Source of the DNA: Vicugna vicugna
Lineage: Eukaryota
Direction of reading: 5' to 3'
Length of the DNA: 64,000 nucleotides
Assembly (NCBI GenBank): GCA_013265495.1
Contig: MU058650.1
Location: 275,394 to 339,393, forward strand
Notes under the pieces: model-generated
Databases searched by the model: none
What the model was told of the DNA's origin: nothing
What the model saw: only the letters and a program-made list of their open reading frames with translations
Made by a program: the position numbers and the translations under genes
Shown here: positions 59,700-64,000 of the stretch, piece by piece
How positions within the stretch are numbered: the first letter of the stretch is position 1
Layout of the letters: each line of letters begins with the position of its first letter

Positions 59700-62600
59700 T
59701 TAGTATTTTGTTTTCTTCAGATAAATATCTGGGAGTGGAATTGCTGGGCGATACAGCAGTTCTACTTTTAATATATTTGAGGAATTTCTATACTGTTTTC
59801 CCGAATGACTGAACTAATTTACACGCCCCCCCCAACAATGAATGAAGGCTCCATTTTCTCCACATCCTTGCAAGCACTTGTTATTTGTTGTCATTTGGAT
59901 GATAGCCATTCTGACAGGTGTGAGGTGATATCTCATTGTGACTTTGTTTTTTATTTCCTTGATGGTTAGTGATGTTGAGCATCTTTTCTTATGCCTGTTG
60001 GTCATATGTGTATCTTCTTTAAAAAATATGTCTGTTTAGGTCCTCTCCCAGATTTTAAATTTGTCTGTCTGTTTTGTTGATGTTGAGTTGTAAGTGCTCT
60101 TTGTATATTTTGGATATTAACCCATTGTTGGATAAATAGTTTGCAAATATCTTCTCCCATTCCCAATATTTTTATTTTGTTGATAGTTTCCTGATAGTTT
60201 ACTTTGCTGTGCAAAAAGTTTTTAGCTTGATGTAGTCCCATTTGTTTATTTATTTGCTTTTGTTTCCCTTGCCTAAGGAGACATATAAAAAAAAGATATA
60301 TATACAGCTAAGATTGATGACAAAGATCATACTGCCTATGTCCCCTCCTAAAACATTTATTACAATTTCAGGTCTTATACCTATGTCTTTAATCCACTTT
60401 GAATCTATTTTTTATGGTGTGAAAATTAGTCTAATTTGATTCTTCTGCATGTAGCTGTCCAGTTTACCCAACACCGTTTATGTAAGGTGTTGTCATTCCC
60501 ACATTGCATGTTCATGCCTCCTTGCTGCAGATTAATTGACTATATGAGTGTGGGCTTAGTTCTGGGCTCTTTATTCTGTTCTATTGACCTTTTGGTCTGT
60601 TTTTGTGCCAGTACTATACTGTTTTGGTTATTGTTGCTTCATAGTATAATTTGAAATCAGAGAGTATGATACCGCCTTAAGATGATTTTGGCTACTCTGG
60701 GTCTTTTGTGTTTCCATACAAACTTTAGAATTACTTGTTCTAGTTCTGTGAAAAATGACATTGGTGTTTGACAGAAATTGCACTGAATCTGTAGATTGCC
60801 TAGAGTAGTATGATCATTTTAATAATATGAGTTCTTCCAACTCATGAGCATGGTGTATCTTTTCATTTGTTTCTTATAGTATTCTGAGTATGAGTCTTTT
60901 AGCTCCCTAGTTAGATTTATTCTTAGGTATTTTATTCTTTTTGATGCAATTGTAAAAATAAATTTCTTAATTTTTCTTTCTGACAGTTTGTTAGTGGTAT
61001 AGAAATTCAACAGAATTCTGTATATTGATTTTGTGCCTTTCAACATCACCAAATTCATAGATAAGTTCTAATAGTTTTCTTTTGTGGCATCTCTAGTATT
61101 TCCTATGTTTATTATCATGTAAACAGCTCATACAACTTAATAACAAAGAAACAAGCAACCCAATCCAAATATGGGCAGAAGACCTAAACAAGCAATTCTC
61201 CACTGAAGAAATACAAATGGCCAACAGGCACATGAAAAAAGTGTTCAATGTTGCTAATTATCAGAGAAATGCAAATCAAAACTACAATGAGATATCACCT
61301 CACACCCCTCAGAATGGCCATCATTAGAAAGTCCACAAACAATAAATGCTGGAGAGGGTGTGGAGAAAAGGGAACCCTCCTAAACTGTTGATGGGAATGT
61401 AGCTTGATTCAACCATTATGGAAAACAGTATGGACATTCCTCAAAAAACTAAAAATAGACTTACCCTGTGATCCAGCAATTCCACATCTGGGCATATATC
61501 CAGAGGCAACTTTAATTTGAAAAGATACATGCACCCCAATGTTCATAGTAACACCATATACAATAGCCAGGACATGGAAACAACCTAAATGTCCATTGAC
61601 AGATCACTGGATCAAGAAGTTATGGTATATTTATACAATGGAATACTACTCAGCCATAAAAAGAATAAAATAATGCCATTTGCAGCAACATGGATGAACC
61701 TAGAGATCGTCATTCTAAGTGAAGTAAGTCAGAAAGAGAAAGAAAAATACCATATGATGTCACTCATACACAGAATCTAAAAATAAAAGAAAAAAGAAAA
61801 GAAAAAGAAAGAGCACTATTGAACTCATCCACAAAACAGAAACAGACTTGCAGACATAGTAAACAATCTAATGATTACCAAGTAAAAGGAGGTGGGAATT
61901 TGGGAGTCTAGATTTTCAAATGTTAACCACTATATATAAAAATAGATAAAAAACAAATTTTTTTCTGTATAGCACAGGGAACTATATTCAATATCTTGAA
62001 ACAACCTTTAATGAAAAAGAATATGAAGACAAATATATATGTGTGTGTGTTTATTTATATATATGCATGACTAGGACATTATGCTGTACACCAGAAATTG
62101 ATATACTGTAACTGACTATACTTTAATAAAAATATATACATTTTAAAATTTAAAGTCATTTTGTCTGATATAAGTGTCACTACCCTGGCTTTCTTTTCAT
62201 TTCCATTTGCATGGAATACTTTTTCCCATGCCCTCACTTTCAGTCTGTTGTGTGTCTTCAGATCTGACAGTCTCTTATAGGCCACAAATAAAAGGATGGT
62301 GATTGTCTATACTTTCAGCCACTGTATGTCTTTTCATTGGAGCATTTAGTGCATTTACATTTAAAGTAATTATTGATAAGTGTATACTTACTGCTATTTC
62401 ATTAAATATATAGGGGTTGTTTTTGTAGTTCTTTTTCTTCCTTTTTTCCTCTTTGCTCTCTTTCCTTGTGTTTTGATGACTATAGTGTTACGTTTGGAAT
62501 TTTTTCCCTTTTTTTGGTGTGCATCTGTATAGATTTTTGGTTTGTGATTCCCATGAGGCTAATATATAGCAAGCTATATATACATGATTATATTAGATCA

Positions 62601-63420
62601 TTGATCTCTTAAGTTCAAACACACTTAACAACCCTGAATTTTTCTCCTCCCACCATTTCGAGTATCATATTTTACATCATTTTGTCTTGTGTATCCTTTA
62701 ACTACTTAGTAGGTATAGTTGGTTTTACTGCTTCTATTTTAACTTTCCTACTTACTTTATGTGCGATTGATTTACTAATTGACTATAAATTTCCCTTTCC
62801 AATGACATTTTTCTCTTTGTAATTTTCATATTTCTAGTTTTGACCCTTTCTTTTCTGTTTAGACAAGGCCCTTGAGCATTTCTTGTAAAATTGGTTTTGT
62901 GGTATTGAGCTCTTTCAGCCTTTTATTGTCCGTAAACCATTTTGTCTCTTCTACAGATCTGAACAAGACCTATGTAGCGTGTTCTTGGTTGCAGGTTTTT
63001 TCCTTTCATCACTTTGAATAGATCATGACACTCCTCTGAAAAGTCAGCTGGTAGCCCTATGGGAGTTCCCTTGTACATAACATGTTGCTTTTCCTTTTCT
63101 GCTCTTAATATCATTTCTTTAATTTTTGCCATTTTAATTACAATGTGTCTTGGTGTGATCCTCTTTGGGTTTATCTTGTTTGTGACTTTCTGTGTTGTCT
63201 GGACCTGGATGTATGTCACTCTTCCCAGGTTAGGGAAGTTTTCAGGCATTAGTTCTCCAAATATGTTCTCTGCCTCTTTCTCTCTCTTCCGCTACTTGGA
63301 CTCCTATAATGCAAATATCAGTATGCTTTATGTTGTCACTGAGGTCTCTAAAGCTCTCTTCTTTTTAAAAAAAAAAAATTCTTTTTCTGTTCAGTGGGAC
63401 TGATTTCCACAACTTTAAGT
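59700..63420 (-). mobile_element. Older L1 (ORF1 62920-63420; ORF2 in two pieces) interrupted at 61120-62148
   Basis: ORF1 ENFPNLGR..INPKRITPRHIVIKMAKIK; EN RLKVRAWEKVFHANGNEKKARV; C-terminal [12 protein letters not shown]. Confidence 0.92.
61120..62148 (+). mobile_element. Younger 5'-truncated L1, same subfamily as 17219-18232
   Basis: Colinear with 17250-18220; no TSD found. Confidence 0.92.
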
Positions 63421-64000
63421 TTCCTTAAAGGCCCATTATCAACAAACAGGATTCCACATAAGCTACATTCCTCCCTCCCTATATAGTAAGCCCCCTAATT
63501 TCTCTGTCTTTACAGTTTGTCTACCTTACCAAGGTCTTTATATTTTGCTATAATTGAGGTTTTTCTGGCAGAGAAAAATGAAATTGGGGTTATATCTATG
63601 AATGTGCATGTAACTGTCTGAAAGAAGGGTGCAGTAGCTGCTTTGGAAGCCAGGACATAAATAATTCACTGGACTTTGGCTGGGAGGAAACTTTTCAAAA
63701 TGAATCAACTTCTTGACATTTTAAATACATCTAATATATACTAAAAAAAAAATCACACAGCAGCTTTTATGGGGTTTTATTCTTTTATAAGTAATTGTTT
63801 TGGTACCAATAAATTTAATACAGTTTTAAATTTCAATTATAAAAATGAGAGCACATAAGGATAAATTGATCCAAACTCCTGTAATATCCAGGATTTAGCA
63901 GCTTTTGTATATGTGAACACTAACATGCAATATTCAGATGATTTCCAATAGGAAAAATCTGAATGAGTTACTGACGGTCTGTGCAGGAGGCCAGGGGAAC

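Larger units (their letters stand above)
57347..64000 (-). other. GUCY1A2: 3' part of the last intron of GUCY1A2
   Basis: Lies upstream of the acceptor; no further cyclase-domain exon recognised; mostly L1/MIR. Confidence 0.85.

Overview
Mammalian genomic DNA. It is most likely camelid, because it carries four tRNA-Ala-derived SINEs of the vic-1 type and I recognised no Alu, Bov-A/Bov-tA or PRE1 elements. The only host gene I can support is GUCY1A2 (soluble guanylate cyclase alpha-2) on the minus strand. Its terminal coding exon is at 57346-57139 and ends in the PDZ ligand ...FLRETSL*. It is followed by a repeat-poor ~13.7 kb stretch that fits a very long 3'UTR ending near AATAAA at 43397-43392. 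Positions 57347-64000 are the preceding intron. Positions 1-43 kb are intergenic and dense in transposons: L1s, class I ERV LTRs, MaLR/ERVL LTRs, MIR/L2 and DNA MITEs. The most unusual structure is a decayed tRNA-His-primed class I provirus (14884-7620, minus) whose remnants run LTR-PBS-IN tail-env head-second leader-gag-RT instead of gag-pol-env. It sits in a multi-layer nest of insertions. A second lead is a consensus 5' splice site inside the GUCY1A2 terminal exon that could remove the PDZ ligand. I see no convincing evidence of a wholly new biological system. Repeat family names come from recalled consensus sequences, not from a search, and many boundaries are approximate.
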